From the IMG/VR virus record IMGVR_UViG_3300012942_000114, positions 1 through 28,213 of that record: DNA of 28,213 nt, one strand, 5' to 3'. Below are positions 17,288 to 25,641 of the stretch, one piece after another. The position numbers and the translations under genes were made by a program. Position 1 is the stretch's first letter. Each line of letters opens with the position of its first letter. Under the pieces are notes generated by a model. It saw nothing but the letters and a program-made list of their open reading frames with translations. It ran no database searches and was not told the DNA's origin. The stretch comes from a virus (Duplodnaviria > Caudoviricetes).

Positions 17288-18002
17288 AGATTCCTTGTGC
17301 CTGCCTGTCCGTTGTGACGTTGCGTTAGGTCTTCACGCTGTGTGACTCACTCGATTGTGTTTAAGGGATCCCTTGACAGGCTCAAGGTTCTGTGCTCAAG
17401 GAATGCTTGCAAGAATTGTTAACAGATTCCTTTGTCTAATAGATTCCTTAACATCGTAAAAGCATTCTTATAATAGATTCCTTAAGAGATTCCTTATTAA
17501 GAGATTCCCTTTAACAAATCCCTTAATGACAATGCATCATCATTGATACATGCTTACATACATCATGCTTACTTGATACATACATCATTCATGCTTACAT
17601 TGTTCATGCTTATTGATTGTTACATTCATACATTAATCTATTCATTCATGCTTACTTAATCATTGATATAACAATCATGCTTACTTATATCAATCATGCT
17701 TACTTCATATTCATTGTCATTCATTGTTATTCACATACAAATAAGCATGAATGAACATAGATTAACTACATTCAATCATGCTTAGTTGTTTGTACTACCT
17801 AAGCTTGCATGCTTACTTTGTATCTAACCATGCATGCTTACTTATTCTTCCTACTCTGTCCGTTCTTAATGCCTTTGCGGCTACTCTTACTTCCGCCCTT
17901 ACTGCCTGCCTGTTTGGCACTGTTGCCCTTACCGAACCCCGGCTTGCCCTTACCCGTCACGCTCCTCACCTCCCATCACGCTTACTTGACCGGCACGCTT
18001 AC
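17288..18002. repeat. AT-rich non-coding array of AGATTCCTT and CATGCTTAC motifs
   Basis: AGATTCCTT x5 exact, CATGCTTA x10 forward plus 1 inverted, CACGCTTAC x2; 17581-17640 is 16/60 G+C. Confidence 0.92.
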
Positions 18003-18071
18003 TTCAATCCTACGGGCGCACAGCACTGCGCCCCACCCTCGCGTACAGGATGGGGCGCGTTAGGCGCATGC

Positions 18072-18116
18072 TCCGGCCCCGGTCCGACGTTTGGTGGCGT
18101 CGGTTCCCGGGGCCGG
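18072..18116 (-). terminator. Long hairpin after the last early-module gene
   Basis: CCGGCCCCGG...CCGACG/CGTCGG...CCGGGGCCGG immediately after the stop at 18120; a second hairpin lies at about 18028-18058; no U-tract. Confidence 0.5.
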
Positions 18117-18119
18117 TTG

Positions 18120-18377
18120 TCAGTAGGCGGTGCCGTTGAGCGCCGCCGCGTAGCTGGGCGAGTCGCCGCACTCGGGGCAGGCTGCGTGCAGGTCGGAGGC
18201 GACGAGTGCGCCGCACCTAGGGCAGTCTGTGACGTCGAGTGGGTCTAGGATTTCGTACGGCTCGATCTCGGCGGCGACGGCTTCTGAGATCTTGGCGAAC
18301 GTGTCTGCTAGGTCGGTGAGGCCGCGTGCGTCGAGTCGGTCGGATGCGTTGAGGTAGGCAATGCTGGTGCGTGTCAT
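18120..18377 (-). CDS. Hypothetical Zn-ribbon protein, probably leaderless
   Basis: CPRC...CPEC; ATG is 7 nt after the -10-like TACTCT. Confidence 0.75.
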   Translation of the reverse strand: MTRTSIAYLNASDRLDARGLTDLADTFAKISEAVAAEIEPYEILDPLDVTDCPRCGALVASDLHAACPECGDSPSYAAALNGTAY

Positions 18378-18384
18378 GCACCTC

Positions 18385-18405
18385 AGAGTACAGCGCGGGT
18401 TGTAC
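18385..18405 (-). promoter_or_regulatory. Operator 1 overlapping -10 box TACTCT
   Basis: GTACAGC-GCGG-GTTGTAC at 18388-18405. Confidence 0.65.
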
Positions 18406-18469
18406 GTTGGGATCCCCCCGGCGGTGGACATGGTGCGGCCCCGGTATGCGTCCCCGGGGCCGTGTGGTG

Positions 18470-18724
18470 TCAGTCGTTGTCTACGGTGTGCGTGGCATGG
18501 TGCGCCTCCGCGTATTCGATCAGGTCGGACAGTTCCCGCTCACATTGCACGGGGTCGTCGTAGTGGTCGGGGTGCATCCGCACGTCGCCAAGCTCTCGGC
18601 GCAGTTCGTCTGCCAGATCGGGGCGGTGCCTGCCGGCCGTGGCAAACGCTGTGATGGCACGGCTGTACGGGCTGGGCGAGATCCACCCTGCGGCGGTCTC
18701 TCGCGCTTGCTCGGTAGTCATCAT
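18470..18724 (-). CDS. Hypothetical protein
   Basis: MMTTEQARETAAGW...; GGAGG RBS, ATGA overlap. Confidence 0.72.
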   Translation of the reverse strand: MMTTEQARETAAGWISPSPYSRAITAFATAGRHRPDLADELRRELGDVRMHPDHYDDPVQCERELSDLIEYAEAHHATHTVDND

Positions 18725-18933
18725 GACTGATCCTCCCCGGTGATCTCCCATGACCCGACGCGGTTGCCGTTGGCATCGCGTACGTTGGCGGATTTGGTCA
18801 TGCCGCCTTCGATCAGCGCCGCTTGTGCGCGCAGGATGTGGGCCAACTCCGGGCCGGGGTCGAACACTTCGGTGTCCCCATCGGTGGCGTAGAACGCGGC
18901 GTTGCCGGTGTCGACGTGCAGTGTGAATGCCAT
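18721..18933 (-). CDS. Hypothetical phage protein
   Basis: MAFTLHVDTGNAAF...RDANGNRVG; RBS GAGG. Confidence 0.78.
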   Translation of the reverse strand: MAFTLHVDTGNAAFYATDGDTEVFDPGPELAHILRAQAALIEGGMTKSANVRDANGNRVGSWEITGEDQS

Positions 18934-18934
18934 G

Positions 18935-19135
18935 TCAGTTGTCCTCTCCGACTTCTTCGACGTCGGCCGAGTTGACCGGCGTTCCTGCGTGGTTGTGTGC
19001 CTCCGACACGTAGTCACCGGGTATCCCGCCGAATACGGTTGTGATGCGCTGGCCGTCTGTGGTGTGTACCCAGTGGCCGGTGTCGGTGTCGAATGAGACT
19101 TCACCGAGGCAGTAGGTGCACCGGTATTCGCTCAT
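18935..19135 (-). CDS. Hypothetical protein (CxxC...H)
   Basis: 66 aa, RBS AGGGAG. Confidence 0.7.
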   Translation of the reverse strand: MSEYRCTYCLGEVSFDTDTGHWVHTTDGQRITTVFGGIPGDYVSEAHNHAGTPVNSADVEEVGEDN

Positions 19136-19215
19136 GATCTTGTCTCCCTGTCTGCTACGGGTTGATCACCCGCGGCACCGGGCGATGATCTCACACCGTC
19201 CGGCACCGTGAATGG

Positions 19216-19494
19216 TCACTCCGACATGGGCTTGTCGTCACCGATCTGGCCGGCGTTGTACCGGGCGGTTGCCTCCGCTTGCCGTCCGGCGTTGTACGCG
19301 GCTTGCCGCCATTTCTTCAGGTTGGCCTGCCACGCGTCCGGCAGGAAACCGCCCCCGGACAACCACTTGTCAAGGTCCTCTGCGTACTCCACTGCACGGT
19401 CTCCGGCGTCGGTGCCGTCCACTAGCAGGCGTTCGCCCCGCCGGTAGGCACGGATGGCCGCGCGCATCCGGCGCAGCGTCTCGTTTGGGTCCAT
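19216..19494 (-). CDS. Hypothetical actinophage protein
   Basis: MDPNETL...LDKWLSGGGFLPDAW. Confidence 0.78.
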   Translation of the reverse strand: MDPNETLRRMRAAIRAYRRGERLLVDGTDAGDRAVEYAEDLDKWLSGGGFLPDAWQANLKKWRQAAYNAGRQAEATARYNAGQIGDDKPMSE

Positions 19495-19499
19495 CGTGT

Positions 19500-19760
19500 T
19501 CACTCTCCCTTTCCGTCCAACCAGGCGAGGGTGGATTCGAATCCTTGCTGCCAGGCCAGCGCCAGGTCTCCGGTTGCCTGTACCCCGAGCATGGCCACGC
19601 CGTGGGACATGACCGGGACGAAACCGCCGCGTCCCTGCGAGCGGATGAACGCGTCTTGTCCGGCTGAGGTCATGCGGTCGCCCAGCAGGTGGTACCACAG
19701 TGCGTCGGCCTCTCCGGCGTCGTGTGCCAGCGTCAGCAGCGACTCGGTCTCTTCGTTCAT
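19500..19760 (-). CDS. Hypothetical protein
   Basis: MNEETESLL...; ATGA overlap with the upstream gene. Confidence 0.7.
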   Translation of the reverse strand: MNEETESLLTLAHDAGEADALWYHLLGDRMTSAGQDAFIRSQGRGGFVPVMSHGVAMLGVQATGDLALAWQQGFESTLAWLDGKGE

Positions 19761-19978
19761 GACTGCCCCCGTTCGGTGTTGCAGGTGCCGGCCAGTTGCA
19801 GCGGCTGGGCGGTGCACGGTCCGGCGTACACGGCCGTCTGTGTGCCCATGGGCACGTAGCCGATCACGTCGTGCGCGTACAGGCTGTAGCCGGTCAACGC
19901 GGCCAGCGCCCCGGTGACCAGGATTGCCAGCGATACCAGCCGGATTACCCAGCGGCCCCGGCGATCGGTGATGATCAT
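19757..19978 (-). CDS. Small membrane protein
   Basis: Basic N-terminus then hydrophobic LVSLAILVTGALAALTGY; RBS GGGGAG. Confidence 0.72.
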   Translation of the reverse strand: MIITDRRGRWVIRLVSLAILVTGALAALTGYSLYAHDVIGYVPMGTQTAVYAGPCTAQPLQLAGTCNTERGQS

Positions 19979-20021
19979 TGGAAGTCTCCCCGTGACGGTT
20001 GTGACAGTTGCGGTTGGGTCG

Positions 20022-20042
20022 AGTGTACAACGCGGGTTGCAC
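20022..20042 (-). promoter_or_regulatory. Operator 2 overlapping -10 box TACACT
   Basis: GTACAAC-GCGG-GTTGCAC at 20025-20042. Confidence 0.65.
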
Positions 20043-20063
20043 CTCGCGCGTACCCCGGATGGG

Positions 20064-20972
20064 TTACGCGGCGCGGTAGTTGCCGGCCCGGTCCTTCACC
20101 ACCTGATGAGCCTTGAGCATGCGGCGCAGCAACTGGCGAACGTGATCTTCGGTGAGTCCGGTTGCCATGGCCAGTGCCGCACCGGAGTCGCCCACGTTCG
20201 GATCGTTGAGCGCATCGAGAATCTGGCCGCGCGCCCCGGTGATCCCGCGATGTTCGGCAGTCTCCCGGGTGACAACCCACCGCCCATCTTGCAGTGCCAG
20301 CGGCACCATGGCGTCCGGTACGTCTTTGCCGGTCATGAGTAGGGTGGCAACTTCCGACCCCCGGTCGCGCAGCATCATGAGAATCGTGTCGGATGCGGAC
20401 GTGAGACCCTTACTGCCCTGAATACTCGACGTAGGGTCATCACGGTCAATGTGCTTGTTGGTGTGCGTGACCAGAACGATCGGTACACGGTTGTGTTGAT
20501 CCGACAGGTTTTTGAACGAATTGACCAGATCATAGTCACGCTGGTACGTCTGTGGGATGTCCCCGCGGATACGCGCCAGAACGTCCACGATTACCAACCC
20601 GGCATCCGGGTGGTCATCCAACCACTGCGCGATGTCCCCAATCCCGCCGTTCGCCACGGTGGGCATGTCGTACGCCCAGTGCAACTCAACGGGCTCCGGG
20701 CGGCCGTGGAGCGCCATGGCGACGCGTTGCTGTGCCCGGCGGGGTGAGTCTTCTAGTGCGCAGTACAGGACGGGGCCGGACGTGCACTCCAACTTGCCGA
20801 GTGCGGTGGTGCCGGACGCCACCCCGATACCGCAGTCGATTGACACCCACGACTTGCCGGACTTCCACGGTGCGGCGAACAGCGTGATCCCTTCCGGGAT
20901 CAGCCCGTCAACCGCCCATCGAATCGGCGGGTAAGTCTCCCGCATGAGGTCGGTCGTGTCCTGAATCTCCAT
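20064..20972 (-). CDS. RecA-fold AAA_25 ATPase / RepA-like helicase with C-terminal wHTH
   Basis: WAVDGLIPEG, Walker A APWKSGKS, LEDS, Walker B VIVD, HTNK, GS-x-G; ATG 20972. Confidence 0.88.
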   Translation of the reverse strand: MEIQDTTDLMRETYPPIRWAVDGLIPEGITLFAAPWKSGKSWVSIDCGIGVASGTTALGKLECTSGPVLYCALEDSPRRAQQRVAMALHGRPEPVELHWAYDMPTVANGGIGDIAQWLDDHPDAGLVIVDVLARIRGDIPQTYQRDYDLVNSFKNLSDQHNRVPIVLVTHTNKHIDRDDPTSSIQGSKGLTSASDTILMMLRDRGSEVATLLMTGKDVPDAMVPLALQDGRWVVTRETAEHRGITGARGQILDALNDPNVGDSGAALAMATGLTEDHVRQLLRRMLKAHQVVKDRAGNYRAA

Positions 20973-20976
20973 TGCG

Positions 20977-21180
20977 TCACTTCTCCTCTCGCGCGAGCGC
21001 GTGCCTGTAGTCCCAATAACGCGCGTAGACCCCCAGGCCGAACCGTGTCCAGGCTTGCGACGTAGGCACGTTGACGGCCGCCAGTAGGTCCTCGCGGGTG
21101 CGCGACTGCATCGGCCCGTACCGGTCGTCTGCCTCCGCCACTGCGCGGATGGCCGTGTCAAGCTCCGACATGGCACTCAC
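20977..21180 (-). CDS. Hypothetical protein
   Basis: GTGA-coupled; VSAMSELDTAIRAV... Confidence 0.65.
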   Translation of the reverse strand: MSAMSELDTAIRAVAEADDRYGPMQSRTREDLLAAVNVPTSQAWTRFGLGVYARYWDYRHALAREEK

Positions 21181-21743
21181 CGGAACGTCACCGCCATAGC
21201 GTCGGCCGACCCCTGCCACACAGTGAAGTCCGGATGCGCATCCGGTTCGGTGCCGGTCGGATCACATGTGCACGCCCGGTACAGCGCACCCGTCAACGGG
21301 TGGCGGCCGTTCGTGAACGTGTCGCGGTACGTGCGCCGGAAGTGCGAGGCACCGACGTACCGCGCGAGTGCCGTGTCTGCTACGGCGTATGGTTCCCGTT
21401 CGAACATGGCAGATAGGAAGTCCCGGAACCCGTGCCAGCACACCGCATAGATACGCCGCGGACGTCCAAACATGATGCCAGCGACCACGCGGTACCGGTC
21501 AAGTCTGGCCGGCAGGACACGCACCCGGTATCTCTCCCACATGCCCGCCGGGGCACCGGCCGGGCGTACGCGGGCCCGCACCATGGTTGCGGATGCGTTG
21601 TCCCGCACCCGGTAGCGATTCCACGGCTCGATTCCGTTCATGTTGGACGGACCGACTTCAACTTTCAGACCGTGCTCGGCCGCCACAGTGCGCATGATCT
21701 CTGCGCCGTGGTTGGGCGGACCGGCCGGTAGCGTGATGATCAT
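21177..21743 (-). CDS. Hypothetical actinophage protein (AVCWHGFRDF motif)
   Basis: ATG 21743 with GGAGG; 188 aa. Confidence 0.75.
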   Translation of the reverse strand: MIITLPAGPPNHGAEIMRTVAAEHGLKVEVGPSNMNGIEPWNRYRVRDNASATMVRARVRPAGAPAGMWERYRVRVLPARLDRYRVVAGIMFGRPRRIYAVCWHGFRDFLSAMFEREPYAVADTALARYVGASHFRRTYRDTFTNGRHPLTGALYRACTCDPTGTEPDAHPDFTVWQGSADAMAVTFR

Positions 21744-21797
21744 GGGATGCCTCCCTGGACAGAGTTGTGGTTGCGGTACGGCCAGCGTAGCCCAGGT

Positions 21798-21815
21798 GGG
21801 CAACCCGCGCTGTAC
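21798..21815. promoter_or_regulatory. Operator 3 (opposite orientation)
   Basis: GGGCAAC-CCGC-GCTGTAC. Confidence 0.55.
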
Positions 21816-21967
21816 ATCGCGCGGGTGATCCGTTGCGGCGACCGGGGTCTGTCCACCGTCACAACTGTCACGGTCGTCATGCGGACCGGGATGCGTTGAG
21901 CGGCAACGGATGTCACCCGAAAGGGTACACGCCATGTCGGGCCGAGTGTGCCTACACTGACCCCTTC

Positions 21968-21985
21968 ATGCAACGCGGGTTGTAC
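21968..21985. promoter_or_regulatory. Operator 4
   Basis: ATGCAAC-GCGG-GTTGTAC. Confidence 0.55.
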
Positions 21986-22076
21986 CGATCGGAGGTGATG
22001 CCGTTTGACGACAAGGGATTCTGGCTACGGGGTCCCGTGTTCACCGGTTCTGTCCCGGGCCGGATGATCGCGGGAC

Positions 22077-22325
22077 CTAGCCCCGGAATCGCGGCCCCAA
22101 CCGCGGCCAGTTGTGCCACGGCACGACGGTAGCGAGGGCAGCCATGCCGCGGGACTGGCCGCGACAGAAGGAGCACTCTTCGATCATGATGTGCGTGTGG
22201 TTGTGGTTGGCGCAGAAGGTGTTCGCGCACGGCACATCGTATGCGATGGCGCCCGCGTCGCCGCATCGGGGGCAGTGCCCGTCGAGGAGGGTGGCGACGA
22301 TCCGCGTCCACGCGTCGCCTGTCAT
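22077..22325 (-). CDS. W-helix family small protein, Cys-rich
   Basis: MTGDAWTRIVATLLDGHCPRC; ATGA overlap. Confidence 0.7.
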   Translation of the reverse strand: MTGDAWTRIVATLLDGHCPRCGDAGAIAYDVPCANTFCANHNHTHIMIEECSFCRGQSRGMAALATVVPWHNWPRLGPRFRG

Positions 22326-22726
22326 GGCATCGCCGTCGGGTGGAAACCCGGGTGGTCGCCGCCGTAGCCGCGGCAGCGTGGGCATGTCTTGGCGAAATGC
22401 CAACCGGGGCCGATCGGCACTTGGCCACCGTCGGAGGCGAGTACGACCCCGACGCCGTCGCACACGCGGCACATGGTGCCGGGGTACATGGCGTTCATGA
22501 TGCGTGCCCACGCTTCTCCGGTCACCGTCCTCCTCCTCTCCATGGCGACGGCTGCCTCGACACGGACCCGCTGGATCAGGTTCATGTCCGTCACCCCGCG
22601 TGCAAGAAACCCGATACCCCCCATGGGTTCCCACACCCTGAGGTTGGCTGGGGTGCAGGTCCAGTCGGCGGCGGCGAGGATGTCGAGCACGGCATCCCAT
22701 CCTTCCGGTGGCGTGTACGGTGTCAT
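22322..22726 (-). CDS. W-helix family protein (two motif copies; DnaJ-like CxxCxG)
   Basis: MTPYTPPEGWDAVLDILAAAD...VTGEAWARIMNAM...CRVCDG...CPRCRG. Confidence 0.72.
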   Translation of the reverse strand: MTPYTPPEGWDAVLDILAAADWTCTPANLRVWEPMGGIGFLARGVTDMNLIQRVRVEAAVAMERRRTVTGEAWARIMNAMYPGTMCRVCDGVGVVLASDGGQVPIGPGWHFAKTCPRCRGYGGDHPGFHPTAMP

Positions 22727-22929
22727 GTCGGTTCCCTTCTGCTGCCCGCACCCCTTCGCAAGGGCTTGTTTACGGCGGTCGTTGTGTGGATCGGAGGCCA
22801 CCCCTTCGCAAGGGGTTGTTTGCGGCGACGCCGTATCGTCCGGATGGCCCCGGCCAGGTCGTGCCGGGCGAGGATGTCGAGGATCCTGTCCCAGCCCTTC
22901 GCAAGGGGTTGTTTTGGGGAGTCGTTCAT
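22723..22929 (-). CDS. W-helix family small protein
   Basis: MNDSPKQPLAKGWDRILDILARHD; ATGA overlap. Confidence 0.62.
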   Translation of the reverse strand: MNDSPKQPLAKGWDRILDILARHDLAGAIRTIRRRRKQPLAKGWPPIHTTTAVNKPLRRGAGSRREPT

Positions 22930-23157
22930 CGGCATGAGGCCCCCGGTTCGTTGTCTTGGTGCGCCCAGTACTGCTCCCACGCGTCGGAGCGAATCCGTTG
23001 CAACCGCCTTGCTTCGGCGACATCGCCGCGGAAGTAGTTGGCGTCTTGGATCCGGTAGTACCGATGGGATGTCGAGTTGCCGATAAAGTCAGGAACGCAG
23101 AGTACGTCGAGCAGCTGGTTCCACTGATGGTTCGCAAGGGGTTGATTTCGCAAGGGG
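22751..23157. repeat. TTCGCAAGGG(G) motif x5
   Basis: Copies at 22755, 22805, 22898, 23131 and 23147. Confidence 0.85.
22926..23153 (-). CDS. W-helix family small protein
   Basis: ...NHQWNQLLDVLCVPD; TTG start uncertain. Confidence 0.58.
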   Translation of the reverse strand: MRNQPLANHQWNQLLDVLCVPDFIGNSTSHRYYRIQDANYFRGDVAEARRLQRIRSDAWEQYWAHQDNEPGASCR

Positions 23158-23162
23158 TTCTC

Positions 23163-23351
23163 CTAGTCGAGGGCGGCCAGTTGCCGGGAGTACTCCCACC
23201 AGCGCGAGCTGACTTCCGCCTGCACCTTGTAAAGCCGCCGGCCGGGATGCATGCTGTCCACCAGCTTGTACCACCGGCGGTCGTTCATCCACGACCAGGC
23301 TTCTTCGTCGGCGGCGCCGAGCACATCAAGCACCTGCCCCCAGCCGGTCAC
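23163..23351 (-). CDS. W-helix family small protein
   Basis: VTGWGQVLDVLGAAD; GTGA overlap. Confidence 0.68.
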   Translation of the reverse strand: MTGWGQVLDVLGAADEEAWSWMNDRRWYKLVDSMHPGRRLYKVQAEVSSRWWEYSRQLAALD

Positions 23352-23434
23352 CACCGGTCCCACCACCCCCTGCACACCGGGCACACCGGCACCCGAAGCG
23401 CCTCAAGGATCTTCCGCCAGTCACTGCCCACCAC
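23348..23434 (-). CDS. W-helix family micro-protein (28 aa; not in ORF track)
   Basis: VVGSDWRKILEALRVPVCPVCRGWWDRW*; fills the gap and is coupled to the next gene. Confidence 0.55.
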   Translation of the reverse strand: MVGSDWRKILEALRVPVCPVCRGWWDRW

Positions 23435-24932
23435 GGTCCCACTCCCTCCGGTAGTGCCCCAGGTTCGTCAGGATCGACATCCTGCCCCGCTGCACACTCG
23501 ACACGTACCCCTCCGCCACCAGGCAGTCGATCGCCCGCAGCTTCAGCTGTTTCTGCCCCGACACCGCCTCGCACACCTGCGTCTTCGTCGCCCCCGCATG
23601 CGTGGCGAGGTACCGGGAGATCGCCTCCATGAGGATCGTGGGGCGGGGCTGCCCGTCCTCACCCTCGGGCATCTCCTCCGGCACCCGCAGCTCCCACTTC
23701 AGCTCGCCCTCGGTGCGTTCATCCAGCACCAGCTCCCCCACCGCCTTGCCGGCGGCGCCCACCTGGTTCGGCCGATCCTTCGACACCCGCACGATCGCCT
23801 TACCCTCGGCGCCCCGGTCGAACGGCGTCACCACCTCGAACATGTACATGGCGCCGTCCAGCCCAGCCAGCTTGTGCTGCCCGCCGATCGCCCACCGGCC
23901 CCGCGAATCCCGGTCCTTCGCCACGTGGTCAACCAGCACCACCGACGGCCCGGCCTGGTGTTCACCGGCCAGCCGGGCGATGTAGCGGGGCAGCAGATCG
24001 TAGAAGGTGGCGACCTGATGGTTCGGGTCGCCTTGGGTTTCCAGGCCCTGCGACATCATCGCCTCGGTGACACCGTCGATGACGACGAACGCCGGCAGGA
24101 TCTGGTCGTGCTCGGCCCGCAGCAACGCCTTCGCCGGGGAGTCGATGCCGCGGATGGGCCGGTGGTACTTGAGGTGCCGGCGGATCGCGTCAGCTGGCAC
24201 CCCGAGCTTCAGGAGGCGCGACACGATGCCTTTGGCGGAGTCCTCGTAGTCGATGTACACGACGTTGCGTCCGCGCAGCAGGCACTGGGCGGTGGCGACG
24301 AGCACCAGCCACGACTTGCCGGAGCCGGGTTCCCCGGCGACGGAGTGGACGCGGCCGGGGTAGAACAGGAACTGCCCGTCCACGCGCATCAGCACGTTCG
24401 GCGGGTCGACATCTTCGCCGCCTTCGATCGCGGCTTCCAGGTCCACCGGCGCCCAGTCGTCGTCGTCGAGGTGGGTGTGGTGGTCGAGCTTGTCGAGGGC
24501 GTCGCGGGCTTCGGTGGCGGCCAGGTCGAGGGCTTCGACATCGGCGTGCCGGATGGCCCGCTGCATCCGCATCGCGGCCTGGTCGGCGGCACGCAGCCGG
24601 GCAACCTTCGCCGCCTGCTTCAGGTAGTAGTCGAGCTGGACGGGCAGGGGCGCTTCGGAGACGAGGGTGTGCGCGTAGGCGAGGTCTTCGGGGGTGAGCC
24701 CGTCGGCCTGCAACAGGGCGTACAGGTCGGTGCCGTAGCCGTCGTCGTCCTGTTTGAGGATGACCTGCCAGATGCGCTGGTGGCGGGGTTCCCAGCACCA
24801 GTTGTTGGGGAGGGCCTGCCGGGCCCGGACGACGGGTTCGCGGTCGCCGCGGAGGAGCGCACCAAGCACCGCACCCTCGCACTGTGGGTCGTGCGGGGTC
24901 GTTGCCTCTTCCTCTTCGGCGGGTGCCGTCAC
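23421..24932 (-). CDS. Replicative helicase-like protein: DnaB N-terminal-like domain + AAA_25 + wHTH
   Basis: PHD-x-x-x-E-x-AVLG N-terminus, Walker A GEPGSGKS, YIDYED, Walker B VVIDG, DHVAK; GTG 24932 overlaps the upstream stop. Confidence 0.88.
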   Translation of the reverse strand: MTAPAEEEEATTPHDPQCEGAVLGALLRGDREPVVRARQALPNNWCWEPRHQRIWQVILKQDDDGYGTDLYALLQADGLTPEDLAYAHTLVSEAPLPVQLDYYLKQAAKVARLRAADQAAMRMQRAIRHADVEALDLAATEARDALDKLDHHTHLDDDDWAPVDLEAAIEGGEDVDPPNVLMRVDGQFLFYPGRVHSVAGEPGSGKSWLVLVATAQCLLRGRNVVYIDYEDSAKGIVSRLLKLGVPADAIRRHLKYHRPIRGIDSPAKALLRAEHDQILPAFVVIDGVTEAMMSQGLETQGDPNHQVATFYDLLPRYIARLAGEHQAGPSVVLVDHVAKDRDSRGRWAIGGQHKLAGLDGAMYMFEVVTPFDRGAEGKAIVRVSKDRPNQVGAAGKAVGELVLDERTEGELKWELRVPEEMPEGEDGQPRPTILMEAISRYLATHAGATKTQVCEAVSGQKQLKLRAIDCLVAEGYVSSVQRGRMSILTNLGHYRREWDRGGQ

Positions 24933-25090
24933 AGGGGCTCGCCCGTCAGCTCCTGGTGCCACTTGCGTGCAAGCTGCTCGGCTCCGGGGTACCTGAACAT
25001 GCGCGTATAGGCGCGCACGTGGTACGGGCCTATCGCGACCTCGTTGGCGGCGAGGACACCCAGCACCCTGCTCCACCCCCTGCGGTTCAT
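24929..25090 (-). CDS. W-helix family small protein
   Basis: MNRRGWSRVLGVLAANE; ATGA overlap. Confidence 0.68.
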   Translation of the reverse strand: MNRRGWSRVLGVLAANEVAIGPYHVRAYTRMFRYPGAEQLARKWHQELTGEPL

Positions 25091-25254
25091 GCCCACAGCG
25101 CCAGCCACCTGTCCCATGTCTGTTCGCAGATCCGGCGCAGCCGCACAGTCGATCCGTCGTCCGGGTACAGACTGGCGTAGGCATCGAACACGCCGCGGAG
25201 ATATTCCGCGGCGTGCAGAACCCGGCACACCTCGATCCAGTCCCTGCGGTTCAT
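25087..25254 (-). CDS. W-helix family small protein (55 aa; not in ORF track)
   Basis: MNRRDWIEVCRVLHAAE...EQTWDRWLALWA*; ATGA overlaps at both ends. Confidence 0.72.
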   Translation of the reverse strand: MNRRDWIEVCRVLHAAEYLRGVFDAYASLYPDDGSTVRLRRICEQTWDRWLALWA

Positions 25255-25439
25255 GGCGCCCACCCCCTTCGCTCACAGAACCGTTGGTACGTCTCGTACT
25301 CGATATCGGCCAACACCCCAGGCAGCGGCCCCTTCTTGGGCGGAAACAACCGCCGGTACCGCTGGTACGCGTTGCAGGGCGCCTCGTGGTCGGCGGCGCA
25401 CAGCACCTGGCACACCGTGATCCAGTCCTGCCGGCTCAT
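25251..25439 (-). CDS. W-helix family small protein
   Basis: MSRQDWITVCQVLCAAD; ATGA overlap. Confidence 0.72.
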   Translation of the reverse strand: MSRQDWITVCQVLCAADHEAPCNAYQRYRRLFPPKKGPLPGVLADIEYETYQRFCERRGWAP

Positions 25440-25633
25440 CGTCCGTCCTTCCGTCGGCATGCGGTGCAGCGGATGCGGTGGTACTTGGATCGCCGGGATG
25501 GGCTGAAGTGTGAGATCCAGCGACCACTCGCGATGTCCACGTCTACGGGACCTTCACCGAGCATTGTTGGCCCGCCCCAGATGATCCCGGCGTGCAGCAG
25601 CCCCACCAGGTCCGCCCATTCGCGCCTAGTCAA
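25436..25633 (-). CDS. W-helix family small protein
   Basis: LTRREWADLVGLLHAG; TTG start. Confidence 0.62.
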   Translation of the reverse strand: MTRREWADLVGLLHAGIIWGGPTMLGEGPVDVDIASGRWISHFSPSRRSKYHRIRCTACRRKDGR

Positions 25634-25641
25634 CGCTCCCA

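Noticed and set aside
17549-17841. CATGCTTAC array as a CRISPR or mini-CRISPR array
   Set aside because: The repeat is only 8-9 bp, spacers are irregular and low-complexity, and no cas genes are present.
17778-18248. Plus-strand 156-aa and 84-aa hydrophobic ORFs
   Set aside because: Their Leu-richness comes from the CTTAC repeats; there is no RBS and the strand is opposite to all real genes.
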